In this document: piece by piece, positions 36,845-48,348 of the stretch | How positions within the stretch are numbered: the stretch's first letter is position 1 | How the letters are laid out: every line of letters begins with the position of its first letter | Source of the DNA: Perkinsus chesapeaki ATCC PRA-425 | Lineage: Eukaryota > Protista > Perkinsozoa | NCBI GenBank assembly: GCA_013115145.1 | Contig: JAAPAO010000108.1 | Location: 1-64,000, forward strand | DNA: 64,000 nucleotides | Direction of reading: 5' to 3' | Notes under the pieces: generated by a model | Told to the model about the DNA's origin: nothing | The model's database searches: none | Seen by the model: the letters and a program-made list of their open reading frames with translations, nothing else | Translations under genes and position numbers: made by a program

Positions 36845-37685
36845 CTAAGCTGGCGATGATGTAGTAGCCATAACACAGCGGACTTTCCTCTCTATTGCCG
36901 CTGAAGCCATCATTCGATCTCTTCTCAAGCAGGCAATCTCATGAGGATTCAATGGCCTCAATACAACACCATTCCTCAGCTTGTCGACTGGCCTATTTAA
37001 GTCGTAGAAGAGCGTCGGCGTCGATTGTGGAGCTCTGCGCGGTAGTACGGCAGTAGTTTGCGAAAGACGTTTAAGCGACTTCAAGTGTGACCTTCTGGCG
37101 GTCCTAAGACAGACCTTAGACGACAGACCAGTGACGCTGTTGATGGTATTCTTGTGTACACCGACCGCCTCATTGGGATCGAATTCAATGACGTGAACGA
37201 CTCCCTTAAAATTAACGCGTCGGGTTGTATTTTCGGCAATAGCCGTTAGTGACCCTAGTGACGGCGAAAGTGATGATGACCGTGGGCTAGGGAGAGACGC
37301 GTCCGTAGAAACACTTCTAATATCAACTTCTTGATCAACGGCCTCTAAAAACGGCAACATTATACCACTCCACCGTAACGCCTATTATACTACCTTTAAG
37401 ACATGATTGTGGTGGTAGCCTTCTAGTAGATGAAGGCAGGACATGCATCCTATTTATTGTACATGCACCGGAAGATGCACGTGATATAATATCTTGACAG
37501 TTCCGACCCCTCACAACGGTCGAGGGGGTTCTCGCAGGCATTGGCGGCAGGTAAAATGGAGAGGCCGCATCGGGCACCTCTGCAACAGCAAGAGCAGCTT
37601 TGGTTTGAGGCCGGGGTTTTCGTAGACCCAGGAGCTGTACAATGGCGGTGAAGCAGTTCGCCTGGTGGTTGCCGAGCTCCAGCAT
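36845..37685 (-). CDS. RVxF-array member G
   Basis: MLELGNHQANCFTAIVQLLGLRKP; 49-nt phase-1 intron 37345-37393; TTRRVNFKGVVHVIEF. Confidence 0.72.
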
Positions 37686-39635
37686 GAGGCACCGATAAAA
37701 ATTCAGAACTGAAACAGAAGACAAACAGAAAGATGCAAATGATAGGCCTTCACGGGAACTAGCGAGTTCGCTGAATTCCTAACTCTTAATAGAATAATCT
37801 AGAATTTTCTAAATAGAAATTTTCCAAATTCTTCGGAGCGGCGGGAAAATTGTCGTCACCGATATATGTGGGCGACGGCTGTGCATTCCCATACATTGAA
37901 TGCAACCTTCCATAACACAGGTCTATCACAATTGCTATAATACTGAGGAGAAGTAGAAATTACAGTGAATGGTGCGCGAGACCAAATTTTGTGTCTAGAT
38001 TAAGAAGCGTTTTTAATACGGGTTTTAGAAGCCCACTGTGATGTTATCTACTGATGATGCTGATCTACAGTCATTAAAGCCCTATACGAAAAGTTACGGA
38101 GATAAAATGAAATCTCCAACGCTGCATTCAATAGATTGGTCAGCCGACGGATCCTATTAAAGCCACTGAGGAGGCACTCCTAAGGTACAATGGTACAAAG
38201 TGGCTGTACAGTAGTTAACCGGACTACAACTGCTAACAGTGAATACAGTAATAGGAACTATTACATGTGCTGCTATGACTTACGTACCGATGGAACAAAC
38301 ACGCGCCCAAAAACAGTCACCGCCACTTTTCCCGCGCGCCCCAGAGTTTTATCGGCGCACGCGTACAATGTGACGTGGGAGGGGGGGGGTACAGCCTGCC
38401 GTCACGAGGTTGGAAAGATAATGGTGGCTACTTCAATATTAAACATGTACATCATCGACTTGACGAATTTAACGCAAGGATTAGCAAGGGTCCATTCATC
38501 ACACTCATTTTCAAACAGTTTTTAGTTCAAGTACAGTAGTACATCGGCAACAGCTCAGGTATGCTCATAACATCGCAATGTTTTATTTGTCTATTATCGA
38601 ACTTTAACCTGTTTAAGTGTAATTGTGCATGATTTGGGAGGCACAACTGTGATGCGGCTACATAGTACGGTGAAAGCATTGCCCTTGATCGAAGCCAAGT
38701 GGGCAGTGTTGTGACTGCAGTGCCGTGGGGTGATAGGGCGGCAACCTGCTCAGTTAATTAATTGTCTGAGGGCATGAATCTGTTATTTCAATCAAGGTTA
38801 TTTAACCCTCCAACGAGAATCGGCTCGTCCTAGATAAAAACCATTTGAGTAGTAAATGGCCATTGACTGTAGATGGTCCCTTGGATGCTTTTGATAGCTA
38901 CAAATAGAGCTAATGCGAGAAGGATATTGTTTACAAGGTGTTGATGAGGCAAATCACGATTATACGGTCAACTATATAGTGATACTAGGAGGCTCTATAC
39001 CTCTTTACCGAGGCTGAGATGTTACCTTGGCCAATCAACTCAAAAAAAGAAAATCACTCCCGGGATTTGGACTTGCAACTTTTGACGTCCCTTTTCCAAT
39101 TTTCGCCACTCGAAAAATACGTTCTGAGCAAAAGATGACTTATTATGATTGTTTTCCCTATTAAATCTTGAGCCGTTGAAGGGCTAAGTCTTATATATCA
39201 CCTCATTGGGGCATCTCCTCTCTTGGAGGGATGCACTCCAGATCTCCCGTATAGTAGGTATTATTATTGTCAGTGCTGGTCACTTTAATAACAATGCCAG
39301 CCACGTCTCCAGGTATGAGGTCAGAGCCCACACCTCATATTTATACAGGTAATATGACCGGGGTAGGTTACAGCGACCTTTCTACGAATCTTTCGTAAGC
39401 AAGTCGTTCTTTTACGCGCCGACCCAGAAAGCCGCTTTACGTCGGTTTTTTTCTGCCATTGTAAAATCTCAATGGGAAATCATTAGAGCTCTCCATGTTC
39501 ACTATATGAATTTCTATCGCACACAGGTCTTGGTAGACAATCGCTGTCACCGGACAGTACAATATCAGAAGGCAGGCTGCTTACTAAGGTAGACTTGAAG
39601 GCGTGTTCCAGATAGAATGGTTATAGGGCAACGTA

Positions 39636-42600
39636 ATGGACTCGGATGCGTCACTAGAGGTTGACGGGCCACCGTTGTTGATCCCCGATCTTAATAACGG
39701 TCCAGCGGCGCCCTCTGGATCTGCCGCTGACGCCTCCTCCCGGTTACCAGCTATACCAGAGCCGGTTCCGGAGGATATATTGAAGCCTATTGGGGAGATA
39801 GATGAGAGGAGAGAGAAGTTGATGCAGTGGGAGCGAGTTAAACTGCACAAGTAGTATGGGAAGGGGGAAGACAGCTAAATTATGTAGCGATATACGTTGA
39901 ATGTTGTATTGAGAAAGTGCCCTAGCAAAAACTCAACTATGTAGACATATACGGGCGGCATCATTGCCCGGTTTAAATGCGCCTCGGCTGTGTGGCGACT
40001 GCATCTGAGCCGGGGGCGGTCTTGATGAGCTGTAAACGTATATAGATGTTTCATCTCCCAAGTGTAGGAGGTAAGTCTGCCATAACTGTATTACCCATAG
40101 ACTTAGTAAGTATTAAGTAAGCACCGTGGTATCATTCTTGGTTGGATTCACTGGTTGCTTGTTGTCCATGTATAATATTATTGTCAGGCGAACTATGGTG
40201 TTCTCTGTACCACGTTTTGAGAAAGCCTACCTACTTTCATTAGAGCCCAAGCTTCGTCGAAGCCTATGGGTGCCAGCAGTGGCTTTTATTGCGTAATAAT
40301 CATAAAGAAAGTATAAATGATTATATTAATAACCCTTATTAGGTTTGCTCTTGTATGTCTACTGTATCCAGCTATATGGATTGATAAGTGGGACACGTCC
40401 GCCAATATACTTTTTAACCTATGCTGGATTGTCATAATTGCCTTGAGTACTACTAGAATCGCCGGACTCGGATGTCATCCGGGTTCAGGTCTATTCGTAC
40501 TTTTGACGTTTCATTTCTCAATACCGCCAAGTCGATTCTTGGAGCTCTATATTCAGCTTTGGGCAGGCTTCACCATGACTGCTGCCACACTACTTGGTAC
40601 ACCTTATAGAGTTGCCACCTTAACAGGCAAGCAGGGGGAGGGTCATGCAGCAGCGTGGAAGGGAAAGTGTTACTGGTTACCTAGAGATATAATGGAAAGG
40701 TTTATAGAAATATCTTACCAGTGCGTAAGCAAAAGCACAAGCCTAATGGCTCATTGAATAAATATCAAATGTGTTGTTTCTGGTAGCCTTGATGTCCCTC
40801 TTTGGCGCCCTTAGCCTTGTGAAGTTGTATAATCTTTTTGTGGGTCGGCCGTCACCGTTGCCCGTATGTTACCCCATGAATTCAGTTAGGAAATGTTATC
40901 GTTCCGGTAGGACGTGCTTTTCGAAAATTCGGGATTGCTATGGTGACTACTGCGCGATTGTATTTGTGGTTGTTACTTCAGTGAGAATCTCCTCGAAGGC
41001 CAGGTGGCCATAACTGACATTAATGCTTTCCACATAGGTACAGACTATAGCGTTGCTTTTCCCGGTGCCAACCTTGGTGTTGCTGATATATCCGTCTTCC
41101 TTGACCTTATCACCATGTAAAAGCTACTACCCGACTTAGGGCTTTCCATTTCATCTTTATTCTTGTTAGAATGTATTTCTCTGTATACACTCCTCTGAGG
41201 ATCCGCAGGCTATTTCCAGTGGCGGTTATCGTTAATTGTCTGTATATTGGTATATCAATAGGGATGGGGGTCCCCTCGTATGGCCCTGACTCGGACGTTA
41301 TTGAGTCACCGTCGACAGATCGCTGGTTTGCAGTGTAATATTGGCGCATATGGCTGTCTGCTGCTGTTGCTGCTGTCATGATGGTTCAGGTCCCTATCCT
41401 TGGTGCTTGTTGTGAGCTCTATTCTTTGTCTTACCGGCAAATACCGTCTAGAGCTATTTCAAAGGACCAACTTCTTACGGTTGGAGGTCTCGCAACGCCG
41501 AATTGATGTAGCGTGTCCGGTGAAGTAGAAGTAGTAGGCTAGTTGTTTGGTCAGGTTTTGGAGAGGACTATAGTGGCATTCGATAGCTCTAATGATAAGG
41601 CAACGAGGGTGACGCAGATGCAGTTAACGCATAAGGTGTGTAATCGGCCTGCGGGGGCGACATTCTTTTCCTACCTCAGAGGCTGCTGCTGATGGAAAAG
41701 TTAATATTTCGGGCACGGTCCACTGGGCTCAGCGGTTTGAACGTCCACAATGGTCAGCTGGCCTGTGATCTGGATCATGCTCTCTCTTTGGTAACAGTGA
41801 ACTCAGCCGGCTTCGCCGAATTTTGCTGGGTAGGTGCGGAAATCGGAGAAGTCTCTCTTCGTGTTGGATTTCCAAAAGGAAGTCCTCATGGAGGGAATGT
41901 CGTCACATCAGCAGCAAGAGCAGCAACGAAGGGTTAGTCAGCTCGCGCACTCCCCTCGCCTATCCATTTTCAGATGGCATCTGGTGAAACGCCAAAGTCG
42001 GGAGCTGAATCGGGCAGCCGTGGTGGCGGTGGCCATGCCCCAACGGCATCGCTACTGTACTGCTCGGCGCTGTACACGCCAATGTCGAGTGTGGCGGCTC
42101 CTGGATCGAGAATAGGCCCATCACGGTAAGGCTGCAATAATGCCTCATCAAAGGTCATAGTAGGAGCTCGCTTAGAAAATACGATTGGCTATTTCAGTTA
42201 TAAGTCGATCTCTTAATGGTATTCAGATACGACACAGTAGGCGGCGGCACCCCATCAGTGACCGATCTTCCTGCCGAACTTCGACAAGGAGCGGAGTGCT
42301 TCGTTGAAAACTCTGCCAAATTGCTGGAACGTGTGGGCCGCGACTTCACGCTGGATGTTGAGGGGCTATGGGGTGACCATGTGGTAAGTGGTGTGTTTGC
42401 CTTGTCCATGGTGACGGAGCAGCCTTAAAGCTTCTATATTGTCTTTATTAAACATGTGCAAATCGTGAAAATCAGTTACGGTTAGGGTACGATTCGCGGC
42501 ATGGCTCTGAACCGTAGCCTACGATCTCTATGTAGATCACTTGCGGTGTAAAGTGTTGAACTTAACCTTTTTATTTATGTAGGAGGAAAACCGTAGCAAA

Positions 42601-45244
42601 CCCAGTTCTGTTGCTGCACTGTACTCGGCCGTCGCTCGAGCCTGTCTGCCAGATGATCAAGCTAATCGTATTCTTAGCATTGGTGAGTACATAAGTTGGA
42701 GACTTCCTTAGTGCTCCTGGTTTAGGTTCAGAAGCATCTGATGGCTCACAGTGCTGTCCTGTCTACGAACGATTCCTTGCGGAGGTCTGCAGCCGGTACC
42801 TGCCATCTGTACCTTATCACAACGCATTGCACGCGGCACAAGTAGCTCATCATTGGTAACTACTCAGGAGCGAAGTCGTTCCTTGATTCCCGCGTGCCCT
42901 CAGCGCAACGTGCATAAACTCCTTGGGAGTGCGTTCGGCACTTTCTGACCTCGATTGGGCATCCCTTATCATTGCCTGTCTCTGCCACGATGTGGGGCAC
43001 TTTGGTCGAACAAACGGCTTTCTCGTTAAAACAAGGCATCCTTTGGCGCTCCGGTAAACCCGTGTGTTATACACCCTGAGTTTCATTACTGTATAATAGG
43101 TATAACGACAGATCAGTGATGGAGAACTACCATGCAGCAACGACATTTGCTTTGCTAAAGGAAAGCGAGGATTGGGATATATCTCGAGGCCTGTCAAGGT
43201 GTCACCTCTTCTCCTTGCATCAGTTTTCCGCTAATTATTTATAGTCACTAGAGTCTACTGGCTACACTAGTTCCAAGTCTGGATAGTGTTAGTGTCACGT
43301 GTTTAGTACAATTTGTACTTTGTACGTTGTATAAAATAACTACCTCGAGAGCCCGATTTGGTTGATATATAATCTTTCCTAGGCCCACCAGAGGCGATGA
43401 AGCTGTTGTACAGAGCACTCACCGACACTTTTGTCAGGTCGGAGCTGAAACGGTTTCGCAGTCAAATAGTGACTTTGATATTGAGCACAGACATTGGCAC
43501 ACAACGGAAGCTATTGGACAAGATAGAAGTATCATACACTGCCATATATTCCCATCATTCTCCTATTGCCAGGAGCGAGTGCAAGCTGGGGCACCCTTCA
43601 GTATAGCACAGTTCCCTGAAGACTCCCGTATAATACGGGAGCTCTGTATCTGTATGGCCGACTCAGGACATGTCTGCCTTGCTTGGGACATGCACTATAA
43701 ATGGGCCATACGACTGTGTAGGTGCCCATATCATTGCAATCGAATCATCTGCAATTTCTCAGCCTCTGAGTTTGCAGCAGAATCGCTAGAATTGGCAAGG
43801 TCCAATCGAGGGCCGCCACCATCGTCACCGACATTCCAGGCAAGCTCCCCGAGCTCACCTCCTGCCGGCGATCAACTTAACTTTATCAATCGTTGTACGT
43901 ATTGTTATTCCATAATCCCTTACGGAGTGCTTCAGGTCCCTTAGCGTTGCTTCAAGCGATTGGAAGGCTTGTGGATATAGATACCACTGAGTTTGCTAAG
44001 AATGCAAGGGAATGGATGGTGAAAGTCGAGTATGCTATTGATGATAACCTAACACGGTGGAGCATGCTAGAAGAAGAGGAACAAAAGAAGGCACCACCGC
44101 CGAAACGGTAAGGACTTTGGTCGTCAGAGTGATGATGAGGTCTTCGTTTAGGGAGCCGCGTACGGTGGTGGTGGAGTCGGGCGATGGCCGGTCGCCGAGA
44201 GGGAAGAGGAGCTCATCTGCAGACGAATCACCTTCGTAATAATTTCCTTAAAAATAGTGGCCCGTAAAACTAAAAGATTTCGGCAATAATGCCGCCTATC
44301 ATATTCGCTCTGAAATACTTTGTGTTTCAGGAATGATGATGATGACGAGGATGATGATAGAAGGCCTATGGTTAGCTACCGAGAGCTTTACGGGGATAAG
44401 AGTAAATCACAGAGGTAAGTTAGGTACAATAGGCAGCATTCCGACTGAGCCTCTCAGCGATGAGGAGGAGGATGGTATCCCAATGGTGAGCTACAGAGAA
44501 GCATATGGCGGCGGATCGCAGAACAAAAGGTATTCGATGTCTCTGTGCTACACTTGCCATTTCTACACCCCTCAGTACTGAGATGGGAAAATCTATTGAT
44601 AGCGATGAGGAGCCTCCTATGTTGAGCTACTCCGCTCTATATAATGCTGATGGCAGCAGTCACACGCAGGCAGCATCTAGCAGGCAACATACACGCTCTC
44701 TTTCCAGTAGTGTAGTGCCATACCAATAGGCCTGTTACCGCCTCTGGCTTCACCTCCAGCGACGAACCTCCGCTTCTGAGCTATTCCGCACTCTATGGTG
44801 CCGATGGTAGAAGCATTGAAGGTGGACAGAACCCAAGGTAGGCAAGGCTCAACGAAGTTAATATCTTGGATATTGTGGAAATGGCAGGAGCAGGTCGCAA
44901 CTAGATGATAGCCATGATGACGATGAGCCCCCATTGATGAGCTATACTGAACTTTATGATCACCAACGGTAAGAGCTCTGCTGGTTGCTGTCGGTATTGT
45001 TGTTACGGATAGAGGAACAAGCGATGACAGTGGGGATGTCCCCATGTTGAGCTATGGTGATCTGTACACTAAGTCGGGCGCGACAATAATTCAATCCAAG
45101 TAGACCGCGGGGTTAAGTATGAAATAATTTCATTTGATCTCACTTATCAGGGATAGCGATGATGCTTCTGAGCCGCCAATGATTAGCTATAGTGACCTTT
45201 ACGGCAAGAAGAAATCAAAGGAAAGCGGTGGCTCTAAGGACTAG
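39636..45244 (+). CDS. Class I 3',5'-cyclic nucleotide phosphodiesterase with N-terminal transmembrane segments and a repeat tail
   Basis: PYHNALHAAQV (~42810), CHDVGHFGRTN (HDxxHxGxxN, ~42985), SVMENYH, LILSTDI and CMADSGH; hydrophobic exons at 40.3-41.0 kb, as in apicomplexan PDEs; in-frame exon chain to the stop at 45244. Confidence 0.9.
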
Positions 45245-46405
45245 CTTATTCGAAGTTTAAGCCTGTCTCAGGCGAGGCGACGACTATTATGTTCCTCTAT
45301 ATCACGTCATTGATAATTGTATCTATTCAGCTACCATTATATACAATTGCTTCATCATCAGAGTTTCATAGGGAGTTTCACCACTCAAGAAGAGATCGAG
45401 TTTGTAGTCTTAGCACAAGGAACTTCCCTGAGAGAAGGTACCGAGCAGCAGCCACGCTCGGAACTTATATAGAGCGCGACACGACCATACCGTATATCTG
45501 AATAGTAATTGGTGGAAAGGGCATGCGAGGTCATTGGCAAAGAGAGCTACGTATGGGAACAATTGACTTAAAGCGGCACAGTTGTCTCGCATCCTAACTC
45601 CGGAAATGATTTCCATCATTTAATGATTTCCGTGTGTGGGCCACGGCAAGGCGCACTCAATACTACAGTCGCACGACTTGCGCGCCACAAGTACCAGTCT
45701 GGCTGGTCCAATCTCTGAAAGACTACTCAAGCAGTATTCGTGATCAACATCAATCTAGTTAGAAATCAAACCCTCAGGGTGGTTTCTATCCTCCGGAACT
45801 GGCCGCCAGATGCTGGCTCGAAGCCTTCGAGTCGAAGGGAAGTCCTGGCACCGTGTCAATGACACGATAAAAGACTCGGGTACCCTGAGTCGGGCTTAGA
45901 TGCCTGCACTATCTCGTAACTTAGGGACAACGTAGTCGTAGCACAACAACTATAGATTGGGCTCATAGTTAACGATATAGGGCAGTTGAGAGTCACTCAC
46001 TGTGAGCGAGTAATACTCGCCGAGTATTACCACACAACTCGTGTGACACAAGCTGCGACCATTTCTCCTTCGTGTATGACCTCAACATAATCTTCTTCCG
46101 TCAGAACTCACTTCGCACCATCCACGTGTCACCGAGAGAATCACAAGTTATGAATCATAACTTATGATGGAGCAGCCGCAGCTCAGCTGCTGAGCCTCAG
46201 CAGCCTGACACGGTCCGTCCGGACGGCTGTGGCGCTCGCCCTGATAATCGATTACATGCGCAAAGTGGGCGAGCGAGAGTCTGTAGATGCCTCCTACTGT
46301 TGCGATCGAGGATTGAAGTTATTGCTTTCAGTTGAGTTATTAATTGTTGAAAGTACTCAGCCAGTCTTGCGCCTTTGATACGCATCAAATTTGGGTTAAT
46401 ATATA

Positions 46406-47619
46406 ATGAACCAAGAAAATAGCGCTAAGAATTGCACAAGCAGCAGTAGCAGCCCCAGAAGTGATACCAGCGTTGAAGGCACAGAGCCTAGTGTAGTGAG
46501 ATTGGAGACTGCTGACATCATTAATCAAGAAGAGCCTTCCGACTCTGATGGGAAAAGCAGTTCTGATAAAAATGTGGTCGATAATGCTACCGATGGTGAT
46601 AGTAACAAAAAGGAGGAGACTGAACTAATTCAAGATGAGAACTCACCGGGCGCCGACCCGATAGGCTGGGGTAAGTTACACTAGAATACTCGCTTTCTTA
46701 TTTATTTGTTTTAGCAATCGACAAGTTACTCAGCCGTATTGTTAAAGAGAACAGTCTAGAGCAGCTAGTAGGCTTGCTCTCTGAGATGACCAAAAGAGCG
46801 CTCATATTGCAAAATCAACTTGATATAAGTAATTTACGTAATAATGAATTGATTAAGGAGATTGACGAGCTTAAGAACGCCTTGCAAGAAGAACGGCAAC
46901 AAGTAGCGGCACCTGAGCCCCCTACCCCGCCGCCACTGATTGCACCAACAACGAGCACAACCCCAGTGATGGGGCCATCAGCCTATGATGGGATAGCAGA
47001 GCACCAGGTAGATGATACCTCCATGCTGCAGCAGCAGGCATCTCCCGGAAGGGTTACTGGTGCTACCCAACTTAATGAATTATATGAGATGCACCATATC
47101 GACCGAGATGTGCGCAGCATGTTGAGTGGTTCACGTAAAATCAAAAGACCTGATCAGCGACAGATGGTAATTGACCTGTTTCTTGATAGAGTTGGCCATG
47201 AAAGAGGCAAGGACGTCTTGGCTGCCCTGAAGGTAATAACTATTCCTTATTAGGCACCTCAGCTTCCTTTTTAGGGTGCTTCCGATGTCAATTCTGGGGA
47301 CTTGAAAACAACGCCTGACAGCAGGAGCCGGCGAAATGGGAGTCGTCGATCATCGTCTGATCAGCACCCTCTACAGGCTCGACCGGGGCCAGAGAATCGG
47401 AGCTGGTTATTTGCCCAATGTATACGTGAAGTTGAAGCAAAGATACCCTTACCAGCAACTCACCGCCATCCTCGCGGTGGCAGTGGCTCGCGGAATGATT
47501 ATTACTATGAGAGGGCCAAGTGGGGCTATCCTGGAGGGAGCTCATCTTCTGGTAGAAATCACGAAGCAGTTCGGGCTGGTGGAGGCTGGAATGGCCGGCG
47601 TGACGCTACTGGATGGTGA
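46406..47619 (+). CDS. Hypothetical coiled-coil protein with acidic N-terminus and Gly/Arg-rich C-terminus (3 exons)
   Basis: ORFs 46406, 46774 and 47302 are linked by GT-AG introns; heptad-like LQNQLDISNLRNNELIKEIDELKNALQEE. Confidence 0.65.
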
Positions 47620-48348
47620 CTAATAATAAGTTGAGCCTGCTCGATACTATTATCTTCTCCAGTTCGCTGCCGGAGGGTTAAACCAATCGATACTGGTGCT
47701 GATGCTGCTCCAGCCTCCTATTATATCATATACGTTGTTGTCATTAATGTTGTTGCATGATGAATCTTGCTTACGCATAATAAAAGTTAGATTCTGTACA
47801 TTAATGTAGCTTTGATGACTCTGCTAATACATATTTCTTACCACTACTTATGGTAGTGAAGACATTGTATAGAGAGTTGCCTAGTTCCTTATTATCATCT
47901 CCCATATAAAGCTCAATCCTTTTTCAACACCGTCATCAGTGCTCTTCCTTCTGCTGCTGCTGGTCAGCATCATGAACCCCAATAGCTTGCACTAGCTTTA
48001 CCAAATCTCTTAATACAGCTGAGCCATCTAAAGTCGACAAGGGCTCTGTCATACTGCGTTTGGTGGTATTTTCATTGTTCCATATTTCTGGTAATGTTTA
48101 TTTATAACGATAAGCCAGCAGTCGTCGATACGATGGCTATGTTGTTGCTGCTGATACCGTTGGAAGACGCTTGAGGAGTTAACGAGTTTAAATCACGATG
48201 ATTCTGCTGCTGTAGAGTGGTGAAGGCTGCTGTTCTTGAGACTGGGTGTATTAAAATGGCGAAGGCGTAATCTTTGATGGTCTTTAATAGCTAGGTCTTG
48301 TGTTAGTATTGTCTAATACCGCCGACTAATAAGGCTAGTTTTGTAGAA

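Noticed and set aside
44108-44127. Apparent 20-nt micro-intron in the PDE
   Set aside because: A 44-nt intron using the TTCGTTTAG acceptor restores the same frame and fits the normal size range.
45410-45619. VALFANDL resembling the non-LTR RT FADD motif
   Set aside because: Isolated match with no other RT domains in neighbouring frames.
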